Part shown: in pieces, positions 18,004-26,288 of the stretch
Layout of the letters: the number at the start of each line of letters is the position of its first letter
Position numbering within the stretch: position 1 is the first letter of the stretch
From: a virus
Direction: 5' to 3' (one strand)
Virus record (IMG/VR): IMGVR_UViG_3300025860_000003
Location: 32,001 to 96,000 of that record
DNA: 64,000 nt
Position numbers and translations under genes: made by a program
Notes under the pieces: generated by a model
Databases searched by the model: none
What the model was told of the DNA's origin: nothing
Seen by the model: the letters and a program-made list of their open reading frames with translations, nothing else

Positions 18004-18863
18004 TACTTTTTCACCCTTTTCTTGTTTCTCTTTATGTCAGTCCCAGCAGTAGGTGAAGCACCCACCTCAGAAAGGTCTGCCAATGAACCACCAAATGTGT
18101 ACGAACCAGTATGAAGCAATCTCATCCAAGGACACAACCAAGTCTCAACACCAATCTTTTGCATCCACTGACAGAACATATAATCTTCTGACAAGTATCG
18201 CTTTGAGTCTGGATCAATCAATGCTTGGAAGTACATCATGATCTCGCGTGAACCATCAAACGACTCAGTTCTTGCGTGGTCAGGCAAGTATGTATAATCT
18301 GGATATGCTTCTTGGAACTTCTCAAACGCAGATCGTTGAATCATCATGAACCCAGTGCCACCCTCAAGAACCTTACACGGCTGATTGAGTAAGATATTTC
18401 CTGATTCTTTGGGGTTGAATACATAATCACCAACATACTTCTCAAGATCATTAGGGTTGTCGTCAGCAAAACCTTTATCGACAGCCATCTTAATCTTTTC
18501 CCAAGCAATCGTTTTCTTGGGATATGCACCACACATCACTTCTTTGCGGTCTTCACCCTTTTCTTCTGGATCCATAAATGCAGCCAGAGACAAAACGTCA
18601 TGAGGATCAAACCCGATATCCGAATCAATGAACATCAAGTGGGTGCATTCACTTCTCATAAACTCATCAACGCAATAGTTTCTGGCGCGAGTGATTAGCG
18701 ATTCATTGAACAAATAAAAGAATGTTAGATCCACACCATATGCTTGGCATAGTCTAGACAAGTCAGAACAGGATTTAGAGTACATCCCGTGACACTGTCC
18801 CCCATACATTGGAGTGGCGAGCATAATTTTGCGTTTCCGCAACTCTTCAACTGGTATTTCCAT
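18003..18863 (-). CDS. GT-A fold glycosyltransferase-like protein
   Basis: ATPMYGG, ESLITRARN, LMFIDSDI (DXD), GTGFMMI.R and YLSEDYMFC motifs. Confidence 0.75.
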   Translation of the reverse strand: MEIPVEELRKRKIMLATPMYGGQCHGMYSKSCSDLSRLCQAYGVDLTFFYLFNESLITRARNYCVDEFMRSECTHLMFIDSDIGFDPHDVLSLAAFMDPEEKGEDRKEVMCGAYPKKTIAWEKIKMAVDKGFADDNPNDLEKYVGDYVFNPKESGNILLNQPCKVLEGGTGFMMIQRSAFEKFQEAYPDYTYLPDHARTESFDGSREIMMYFQALIDPDSKRYLSEDYMFCQWMQKIGVETWLCPWMRLLHTGSYTFGGSLADLSEVGASPTAGTDIKRNKKRVKK

Positions 18864-18899
18864 CAGTACCTCTTTGATTATAAATTAAGTTATGTGTAG

Positions 18900-18928
18900 A
18901 TTATACAATAGAAAGGGAGAAAAGTCAA
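18900..18928 (-). promoter_or_regulatory. sigma70-type promoter TTGACT-N17-TATAAT overlapping the cobS terminator
   Basis: -35 at 18923-18928, -10 at 18900-18905. Confidence 0.65.
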
Positions 18929-18948
18929 CCCGAAAGTTGACTCTCCCA
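18912..18948 (-). terminator. terminator hairpin with UUCG loop after cobS
   Basis: AGTCAACT-TTCG-GGTTGACT followed by TTT. Confidence 0.7.
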
Positions 18949-18954
18949 TTACCG

Positions 18955-20124
18955 CTAGAATGGAGCGTCTTGAGTAGTGTCAGCATTGGCAAGAGGATCA
19001 CCCACATCACTGTCACCGCCCAAGTTTACATCAGCGTCCAGCTTGGCGTACAAGTCACGAAACGAGGCTTTGGTGTCCTCATCAAAGCGATTAATACACA
19101 TGTCAATAGACTTCATACGGTCATCAAATATCTTGAACGCTTTGGCGATGTGGACAAGGCGACGAGTAGAAATTATCTCATCAATACCACCATCATAGAA
19201 AGTCTTGCGGATGATGTCAGCCCAGTCAACCAGTTTAGAAACAAACTCATCATCTTGGACAGCAAGGTCTTCAAACACAGCCGAGAGTATTTTCTTCTCA
19301 ACAGCAACACTAGGATATTCTTGCTCAAAGGTGACAGGGAAACGCTCAAGGAACGCTTCATTCAAGACGTTAGTCCCGATAAATCGACCATCATCAGATC
19401 CTTTACCTTTGGTGTTACCAGTAGCAACAACAGTGAAGCCAGCAGCAGGAGAGACAAACTCACCAGTCTTCTTGATGAAGTAGCCTTTACCCTCAAGGAT
19501 AGACTGGAGACACATGATCTTGGCAGGGTTGCCCAAGTCAATCTCATCCAGAAGCAATACCGCACCACGCTCCATAGCTTTGATGACTGGACCTTTGAAG
19601 AAGCGAGTCTCACCATCAACAAGACGGAAGCCACCAATCAAGTCATCTTCATCTGTCTCAACAGTAAAGTTCACACGGATTGATTCACGCTTCAATTGAG
19701 CACAAGCCTGATCAACCGAAAACGTCTTACCATTACCAGACATACCAGTAATGAATACGGGATAGAACATGTTAGACTTGATAACATTCTTCAGAGTGCT
19801 GAAATTACCAAACGGAACAAACAGCGGATCCTTGACGGGCACTAAGTTTTGAGTGAAGCCTGTAGAAACGACATTCAAGTCAGCGACTAAGGCGTTTGGC
19901 TGTAGCGCAGGCGCAGGAGCTGGAGCCGAAGCTGGAGCAGGTGCAGGGACGGTATTCGGCGCTATATCAGGGAGATTGTACAACCCACGATCAACGCGCA
20001 AGGATTTGTGGAAGTATGAACTCGGAACTTTCACCCCAAGCTCACGAGCTACTCGCTTCGTCTCAAGGCTAGGAACAGGCGCATCGGGATATAGGCTCTT
20101 CAAAGTATCAAATAAATTGGTCAT
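18955..20124 (-). CDS. cobS: CobS-like MoxR-type AAA+ ATPase
   Basis: GMSGNGKT, LLLDEID, TGNTKGKGSDDGRFIGTNVLNEAFLERF and ISTRRL motifs; probable start MTNLF. Confidence 0.92.
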   Translation of the reverse strand: MTNLFDTLKSLYPDAPVPSLETKRVARELGVKVPSSYFHKSLRVDRGLYNLPDIAPNTVPAPAPASAPAPAPALQPNALVADLNVVSTGFTQNLVPVKDPLFVPFGNFSTLKNVIKSNMFYPVFITGMSGNGKTFSVDQACAQLKRESIRVNFTVETDEDDLIGGFRLVDGETRFFKGPVIKAMERGAVLLLDEIDLGNPAKIMCLQSILEGKGYFIKKTGEFVSPAAGFTVVATGNTKGKGSDDGRFIGTNVLNEAFLERFPVTFEQEYPSVAVEKKILSAVFEDLAVQDDEFVSKLVDWADIIRKTFYDGGIDEIISTRRLVHIAKAFKIFDDRMKSIDMCINRFDEDTKASFRDLYAKLDADVNLGGDSDVGDPLANADTTQDAPF

Positions 20125-20157
20125 ATAGGTCTCTCTCATTCATTCATTTAAGTAGCC

Positions 20158-20223
20158 ATTATACGGCATAATTCGGTATAAGACAACAACTATTTTCAGT
20201 TTTTTTATATCGTTTTGGAATAA
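20158..20223 (-). promoter_or_regulatory. early promoter TTGTCT-N17-TATAAT with upstream palindromic box
   Basis: -10 at 20158-20163, -35 at 20181-20186, box variant at 20201-20223. Confidence 0.75.
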
Positions 20224-20269
20224 AGAATCCTTTCCTTATAACCAAAATATAGGTTAAATATCAACCTAT

Positions 20270-22483
20270 TTAAGCGATAGCCGAGATCAGGTCGGACAAC
20301 ATCTTTCTAGAAGACTTCTTATCATTGTTTGCTTTCTTAAACGCAGTCCGCACCGAACGCTTCGACTCACCACGCTCCACTTCAATAGCACCATTAGCAG
20401 TCTGAAGGTTCTTGCCGCCACTAATAAGATAAAGGTGATCGTATCCAGAGTTTGGAACCACCGCAAACTTTTCCTTGCGGACGCCAGAATATAGGCTTTG
20501 GCCATCTTCCCAACTAACCGACGATGGAAGCGAATTGCTGAACTGTCGTCTATTCAACGGCATAATTCGATAGCCGATAGTGGTAGAGCCAGTTTGATCT
20601 CGATAGAATTCAAGTAAGGTCTTGGTGATAGCATCTCTCTGACCATTAACCCGCTTGCGCTTCTTGGTTACTGGATCAGTAATATAAAGGACTTTGGATC
20701 CAATATAGTTAAATGCCCCACCAACACGCTTGTTAAATTGTCGATCAGGAGCTTGTTCAGCATCATAGTAGAAACTTGTGTTACTATCACCGTCAGTCAA
20801 GAACATAGTGTTGACAATATCAACGCGAGTCTTTTTCTTGAAGTCATCATGTATTTTAAACGCAGCCATGATTGATTCGTTCAATGGAGTCGAACCGAGC
20901 ATCAAGCGATTCGGGATATAATAATTGATGTATCCACGCGTATATCCAGAAGAATATTGATTATAATAATTACCAAGAACCAACATATTTTCAGCCATCT
21001 CAGTAAACTTCTTGCGGTTCATATCGCTAGAGAAAAATTCAATCAAGCGGAATCTTGGATCATATGTCATCTGTCTATCACTAGCATTATCTGGGTGAAG
21101 CGCACTGGTCGTTTCCAACTCCGCGAACCTATCACTAAAGGCATACACGCGGAATGGGATATTGACTTGGCGACAGAACAAAACAAGGTTCAGCATTTGA
21201 TCAATAGTGGGCTTCAAGTCTGCAGCCATAGAACCAGACCAATCAATATACATGATCATACCATGATTTTTTCCGTCAGGCGTTATGCTAACCTTTCGGA
21301 AGATATCGTCATTGTAACGATAGCTGTTCATCTTGACAGGATCAATAACACCAGTCTTTGACACAGACTGGCGGGCATATTCTGCCGCAGACTTTTTCAT
21401 CTCAAATTCTTTTGCCATATACTTGATAGCAGGCTTATTGTTCACAAGGAATTGTTTGTAGAGCGCGACACCAGTCGCTCTCATCGTGGGCGCAAACTCA
21501 CTAGTGTTAAACATCTCAAAGATATCGTCAGCACGAACAACAAGATCATCAACAGGGTTGGTCGGGAAATGAATACTGGTCACTTCAACATTAGGATCAT
21601 CACCATGTTCAGCGCTGATAGCTTGACGAAGAGCGCTGTCAGTCTTTGAGGCGATTGATTCTTCTGGGTCACCCGAGTCATCACGGTCATAGCCAGAGCC
21701 AACCGATTCATCACCGTCATAATCTTCATCACCGTCTTCATCTTCTTCTTCATCTGATTCTTCATCACCAGCGCCTTTCTCATCACTCTCAGTCTCATCA
21801 TCAGAATCATCATCTGATTCTTCATCACCAGCCTGCTCACCAGCACCGTCAGTCTCAGGCGAGTCATCTTCACCGTCAGCATAATCTTCTTCATCAGCAG
21901 CCTGATTGGCAGCAGCGCGATCATCTTCGTTTCGCTCTTTACAAAAAGCATACAACTCATCAGTAAGGGCAACAACTTCTTCCCATGTTTGAAGCTGCTC
22001 AATCTTTTTGATCCAGACCATTTCATCACGCTCAATACGAACACCAGCAGAGCGTCCTGCTTTGAAGTAAGTATTGATTCGGTCAATGAAGCTGTAGCGA
22101 TTAATCTCTACAATGTCACCACCAAAGAACCCATCAGCAAGCATGCGCTTATAAGAAGATATAAACGAGCGGCGCAATCCAGGATATCGTGTCTGAACCA
22201 TTTTCTCAATGCGGGCATCTTCAACGATGTTCAGATACTGGCGATAGATTTCACCCTTTGAAGAGGCAGACTCATGCCAACCAGCTTCAGGAGTATATAA
22301 GGCATGACCAACTTCATGACCTACAAGATGGTCATAAGTGTCAGCATGCATGTTATCCCACATAGGGAGAGTAAGGACGCGATCACGAACATTAAAGGAA
22401 GCAGTCGGAGCTGTCTTATGAACAACCGTGATATTCTCGGAAGCCAACAGGCGAGCTAGGATGTCTTTAGAAGCGATATTCAT
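20270..22483 (-). CDS. CobT-like protein: N-terminal HEXXH domain, acidic linker, C-terminal vWA domain
   Basis: HEVGHALYT, NIVEDARIE, D/E-rich linker, MIDAS DWSGSM...TPL...LTDGD; partner of the adjacent CobS. Confidence 0.85.
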   Translation of the reverse strand: MNIASKDILARLLASENITVVHKTAPTASFNVRDRVLTLPMWDNMHADTYDHLVGHEVGHALYTPEAGWHESASSKGEIYRQYLNIVEDARIEKMVQTRYPGLRRSFISSYKRMLADGFFGGDIVEINRYSFIDRINTYFKAGRSAGVRIERDEMVWIKKIEQLQTWEEVVALTDELYAFCKERNEDDRAAANQAADEEDYADGEDDSPETDGAGEQAGDEESDDDSDDETESDEKGAGDEESDEEEDEDGDEDYDGDESVGSGYDRDDSGDPEESIASKTDSALRQAISAEHGDDPNVEVTSIHFPTNPVDDLVVRADDIFEMFNTSEFAPTMRATGVALYKQFLVNNKPAIKYMAKEFEMKKSAAEYARQSVSKTGVIDPVKMNSYRYNDDIFRKVSITPDGKNHGMIMYIDWSGSMAADLKPTIDQMLNLVLFCRQVNIPFRVYAFSDRFAELETTSALHPDNASDRQMTYDPRFRLIEFFSSDMNRKKFTEMAENMLVLGNYYNQYSSGYTRGYINYYIPNRLMLGSTPLNESIMAAFKIHDDFKKKTRVDIVNTMFLTDGDSNTSFYYDAEQAPDRQFNKRVGGAFNYIGSKVLYITDPVTKKRKRVNGQRDAITKTLLEFYRDQTGSTTIGYRIMPLNRRQFSNSLPSSVSWEDGQSLYSGVRKEKFAVVPNSGYDHLYLISGGKNLQTANGAIEVERGESKRSVRTAFKKANNDKKSSRKMLSDLISAIA

Positions 22484-22512
22484 ATATTGGTCTCTCATCA
22501 AATTAGACGCCC

Positions 22513-22662
22513 ATTATACGGCACAATCAAGGGCAAGTCAACAACTAATTTTAGCCAACTTTTACGGACAGCAGGCTCTCATCAATTTAGAAGCCCATTA
22601 TACGGTATATTCAGAGATTAGACAACAACTATTTGGGGGATTTTTATACCGATTTAGAATAA
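22513..22662 (-). promoter_or_regulatory. tandem pair of early promoters plus palindromic box
   Basis: TTGACT-N17-TATAAT (22513-22541), TTGTCT-N17-TATAAT (22597-22625), box at 22640-22662. Confidence 0.75.
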
Positions 22663-22746
22663 TAATCGAGGTTTTTAGAACTAAAAAGAATAAGGGAATA
22701 AAGCCTTGTAATAACAACAACTTAGCTCTATTCCCTCATTTGGGTG

Positions 22747-22839
22747 TTACGTTAGGCTGAAAAGACAATAACTCATAACAGCATATGCAGTCACTTGAAA
22801 TGCCCAACAACCCACGCATTCGGCTTTTGACCTTAACAT
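22747..22839 (-). CDS. 30-aa Cys-containing hydrophobic micropeptide downstream of hsp20
   Basis: MLRSKAECVGCWAFQVTAYAVMSYCLFSLT with GAGGAG 8 nt upstream. Confidence 0.5.
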   Translation of the reverse strand: MLRSKAECVGCWAFQVTAYAVMSYCLFSLT

Positions 22840-22858
22840 GGGGATTTCTCCTCGAAAA

Positions 22859-23275
22859 TTAGTTTATATTAATTTTTCGAGGACGCTTCTCTTCTGGTAA
22901 ATTGACCTTTAGATTTACTACAAGGATTCCTTTATCTAGAGTTGCTCCAACTACTTCGACATACTCGGACAGTCGAAAAGTTCTTTGGAACCTTTTTGTG
23001 GAAATACCTTTGTGTAGATACTCACACGATTCATCGTGGTATTGATCGCCCACGATATTCAAAGTTCTTTCATCTTGTTCAATAGATAGATCCTTCATAT
23101 CGAAACCCGCGACCGCAACCTCAATCACATATTCATGCTCGCTGATTTTAACAACGTTATGTGGTGGGTATGTATCCTTGGCGCTTCGAGTTACAAAGTC
23201 TAGTTCACTGAACAGGTGGTCAAATCCAACAAATGATGCGCGTGGGAAAAGACTCGGTGTTTTAATACTCGTCAT
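22859..23275 (-). CDS. hsp20: small heat shock protein Hsp20 (IbpA-like)
   Basis: FVGFDHLF, YPPHNVV, IEVAVAGF, YLHKGIS, GIL and PEEKRPRKI.I motifs; start MTSIK at 23275 after AGGAG. Confidence 0.95.
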   Translation of the reverse strand: MTSIKTPSLFPRASFVGFDHLFSELDFVTRSAKDTYPPHNVVKISEHEYVIEVAVAGFDMKDLSIEQDERTLNIVGDQYHDESCEYLHKGISTKRFQRTFRLSEYVEVVGATLDKGILVVNLKVNLPEEKRPRKININ

Positions 23276-23280
23276 AATGC

Positions 23281-23335
23281 TCTCCTTTTTAAAGCAAGAT
23301 TGATAAGTGAACCCGATTATTCGGCATTCACTCAC
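23281..23335 (-). promoter_or_regulatory. ROSE-like RNA thermometer in the hsp20 5' UTR
   Basis: UCUUGCUU-UAAA-AAGGAGA hairpin sequesters the SD with a bulged G; second hairpin upstream. Confidence 0.6.
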
Positions 23336-23336
23336 C

Positions 23337-23344
23337 TATTTATA
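23337..23344 (-). promoter_or_regulatory. T4-type late promoter TATAAATA (hsp20)
   Basis: Exact consensus just upstream of the structured UTR. Confidence 0.75.
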
Positions 23345-23899
23345 TCAACTGGCTATTGATTTCTCAATAAAGTCAATAATTTGTTGTGTATCTTCAGGGA
23401 CATTGTGAGCAAAGGTATGGACACATCCAGCTTCACCCATCAATATTTTCTCCCCAAACATATCTTCAATGTTAGCAACCTTAGTCACCCGTCCATTGAT
23501 AAACGTCTCAGACTGATCAGAACCTCTGTCCGCATAACGCTGTTGGCGTACTGCGTCATCTGTTTTCAGAACTATGATTGATAGATCATGTCCCGCTCTC
23601 TTCACAGCCTCGAAAAATTTAGAAGAAGTAAGCCGATCACCCTCGAACACAACGACAGGTGATGGCTCATTCCCCATATACTCTACTGCCATTGGCTGTA
23701 CTGCCATTGACAACTTATCAGTTCCCGCAAAGACTTCACCGTCTTCATACTTACCAAACAAGCGGATGTCGCCTGAAACATAACCATCAAGCAACTTAAC
23801 AGGAGTGTCTTTAGTCCATTCCCGCTTTGCCATCCACTGCCGCATGAGCGTTGTTTTGCCAGTTCCTGGAATACCAATGATACCAATCACTTTACTCAC
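23345..23899 (-). CDS. P-loop kinase of DNA hypermodification type (candidate 5-hydroxymethyl-pyrimidine DNA kinase)
   Basis: GIPGTGKTT, FAGTDKLS, FEGDRL and RGSDQ motifs; adjacent to TET/JBP and aGPT-Pplase genes. Confidence 0.75.
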   Translation of the reverse strand: MSKVIGIIGIPGTGKTTLMRQWMAKREWTKDTPVKLLDGYVSGDIRLFGKYEDGEVFAGTDKLSMAVQPMAVEYMGNEPSPVVVFEGDRLTSSKFFEAVKRAGHDLSIIVLKTDDAVRQQRYADRGSDQSETFINGRVTKVANIEDMFGEKILMGEAGCVHTFAHNVPEDTQQIIDFIEKSIAS

Positions 23900-25281
23900 G
23901 AGAAGAAACCCTCTAATGATGTTTGCGATTCAGCTTCTGGATGATATTGATTCAGCATATCAACTCCACCTTTATCTTTAAGGTAATCAAACCACTCATC
24001 TTCAGCCCACATACTTGGCGAAACGCCATTCCAAAAACTTTTCCATAGCTTATGATCTTTGTTTAATCTACGATCATCAACATACTGCTTTCGGAGAGAT
24101 TCATATTCCCACGAGCCAACATCAAGCATTTTCTCACGGAAGTAGCATACAAGCGAGATACGCTCCATGTCTTCAATAGAAGTTCCAGCAGGTGGCTTCA
24201 GCTCAGTGTTGCCGTGTATGCCGCCATGGTTGTTGATCAATAACAGATCTCCAGGACGGATGTTAATGCCAACACGAAACTCTGGAAGAACAAGATAACC
24301 ACCCTCCCAATTCTTTGCTTTAGCAACAACAGTTAGATTAGAGAAACCTTCATTCAAGTCGCCAGCATCTCGGTGACATGCGGTGCGGAAGTTCTTATTC
24401 ACAGTAACTGTAGTGAACGGAGTATCTTCGCCCGCAACACGGAAGCGTGGATCTAGTTTAGCGGCAGCTTCATTCTGAATACCATATCGAATAGGCAAGT
24501 GTTCTTTAAACTTAGCGGACAACTGACGCATGAAAGGATAGCACTTCTCATATACGCTGTAGTTGTTCTCAGTGTACGCAGTCGCTCGACCATATGGGAT
24601 GCGAGGATAGCGATCAAAGAAACCAGCAATACCTGACAACACCATGTTAGCATATGTTGTCTCAGAGATATAGTTCTTCTGTGTTGCCTTTGCGTCTTTC
24701 TGAGAATCTTCGGCAGACATACCTTTCCACTCTTCAACCTTATCACTGAAGAACGATTCATAGTTGTAGCCATTGTCGGTAATCTTAGAACGGATCCAGA
24801 CAATACCACGTGACTCACTCTCAGCAGCCACAGCGTGTCTAGCTTTGATTCTTTCTACTGGATCAGTGTCGTCCTCAAACAAAGTAACTTCACGTTCAGC
24901 AAAGTGCTTCATAATGTCTAACTGTTCTTCAGTAACCCAATCACGACCGCCTTGCTTTGCTCCTTTTGGACCAGCAGCTAGACCACGATTCTGTGTGGGT
25001 AATGCCGCACCAAGTAATCCCTCATATGCGCCATGTTGTTGTTCTTCAGTGAATACGTTTTTACGAAACTTGAAGATAATGTTGTCTTCGTTATTCTCTC
25101 CACCAAAGCCAGCAGGAGCATAGAAGTCAGTGTTCTCCTCACAGATAAAGTCCCAGTCAGTATCTTCCATATACTTGCCGAGTTTGTCTTCGCAATTATC
25201 CCAAAATTTAGCGGTAACAGTTCTGACTCCAGTTCTGTTATCTACACTCACATCATATCTTTCGTTTATCACGCCAATCAT
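23896..25281 (-). CDS. TET/JBP-family Fe(II)/2-oxoglutarate dioxygenase
   Basis: FTTVTVNKNFRTACHRDAGD (HXD), GGYLVLPE, HGNT and RISLVCYFRE motifs. Confidence 0.88.
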   Translation of the reverse strand: MIGVINERYDVSVDNRTGVRTVTAKFWDNCEDKLGKYMEDTDWDFICEENTDFYAPAGFGGENNEDNIIFKFRKNVFTEEQQHGAYEGLLGAALPTQNRGLAAGPKGAKQGGRDWVTEEQLDIMKHFAEREVTLFEDDTDPVERIKARHAVAAESESRGIVWIRSKITDNGYNYESFFSDKVEEWKGMSAEDSQKDAKATQKNYISETTYANMVLSGIAGFFDRYPRIPYGRATAYTENNYSVYEKCYPFMRQLSAKFKEHLPIRYGIQNEAAAKLDPRFRVAGEDTPFTTVTVNKNFRTACHRDAGDLNEGFSNLTVVAKAKNWEGGYLVLPEFRVGINIRPGDLLLINNHGGIHGNTELKPPAGTSIEDMERISLVCYFREKMLDVGSWEYESLRKQYVDDRRLNKDHKLWKSFWNGVSPSMWAEDEWFDYLKDKGGVDMLNQYHPEAESQTSLEGFFS

Positions 25282-26288
25282 ATCATAAATCTCTCTAGAC
25301 CGATATCGGTCATCTCATTTGTAAATGTATTCATATGGTCAATTTTCCCAGTATCTAGGAAGAGTTCCATTTTACCCTTATTCACTGAATTTGTCAAGTA
25401 TTCATTTCGTAGTGTTTCTTTCCTAGCATCCCACATAGGAGTCCAGTCTATACCAACCCACTCATCGCACTCGACTTTCTTTATTTCCTCAGCCTGTCTA
25501 TCTATATAATATCCGAGATAGCGTCCTCTGCTCTTGCGGAATAACTTCTTGAATGAGCACAGCGCAGTTTCCATAGCAAAGAAGTCAGCCTTGTGAGCCG
25601 AGTCAGGAAACGCAGTCTTGACCTCAGCCAACATATCCGCACCCTCATCTTCCATCCACTGTATTTGATCAGCAGTCAACTTAGTGCTCACCCAGTCATC
25701 TTTACCCAGAGCATAACATAAACCGTTGCGGTGGGATTTAGATCCTGAGTAGTCATGTAACCATAGGTTTGGAACATCAACATTCAAGTCAGCACACTGC
25801 TTCAGAGTCTGTATATAGAACCAAGAAGTGTAACGACCAAACTTATGTAGAGAGTTGACAGCTTCCCACACATTAGCAAAGTTCTCATATTTATCACCAT
25901 TACATAACTCGGCAAACGCTTGAGCTTGAGTTCTATCACCAACCCATGCTTTGTATGATTCAAACTGATCCGCTAGATGACCTTTGTTCCACTTAGTGTC
26001 AGTCTGATAACGTAGTCTTGAATAGTTTTCGTTGTTCCATTCTCTCAGACGATCTACACCAACCAGCTCCATATCAGGAAACTCATTCCAGATAAGATAT
26101 GCTGTAGGGAAGTTGTATGTCGTACCATATAACCAACACAACCAAAGGCGCTGCTCTATATTATACTCAAACCGATCAAAGAAATAGTTTGTGATGTATA
26201 GCGCAGAGTCACAATCTTCTATCTCAAGACCCCACCCAAACCAATTGATGAATGCTTGCTTACGATGTTCACTTAGTCGATAATCCAT
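25278..26288 (-). CDS. alpha-glutamyl/putrescinyl thymine pyrophosphorylase-like amino-acid:DNA transferase (aGPT-Pplase2 type)
   Basis: FGRYTSWFY, SHRNGLC, ETALCSFKK and RYLGYYIDR motifs; operon context. Confidence 0.8.
   Translation of the reverse strand: MDYRLSEHRKQAFINWFGWGLEIEDCDSALYITNYFFDRFEYNIEQRLWLCWLYGTTYNFPTAYLIWNEFPDMELVGVDRLREWNNENYSRLRYQTDTKWNKGHLADQFESYKAWVGDRTQAQAFAELCNGDKYENFANVWEAVNSLHKFGRYTSWFYIQTLKQCADLNVDVPNLWLHDYSGSKSHRNGLCYALGKDDWVSTKLTADQIQWMEDEGADMLAEVKTAFPDSAHKADFFAMETALCSFKKLFRKSRGRYLGYYIDRQAEEIKKVECDEWVGIDWTPMWDARKETLRNEYLTNSVNKGKMELFLDTGKIDHMNTFTNEMTDIGLERFMI

Noticed and set aside
18955-22483. cobS/cobT as cobalamin-biosynthesis auxiliary genes
   Set aside because: No cobN or other cob genes here; the AAA+/vWA pair is a common feature of marine T4-like phages and more likely a chaperone system, so it is not novel.
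23276-23335. N-terminal extension of Hsp20 given in the ORF track (start 23335)
   Set aside because: The SD and family alignment point to ATG at 23275; the extension is the structured 5' UTR.
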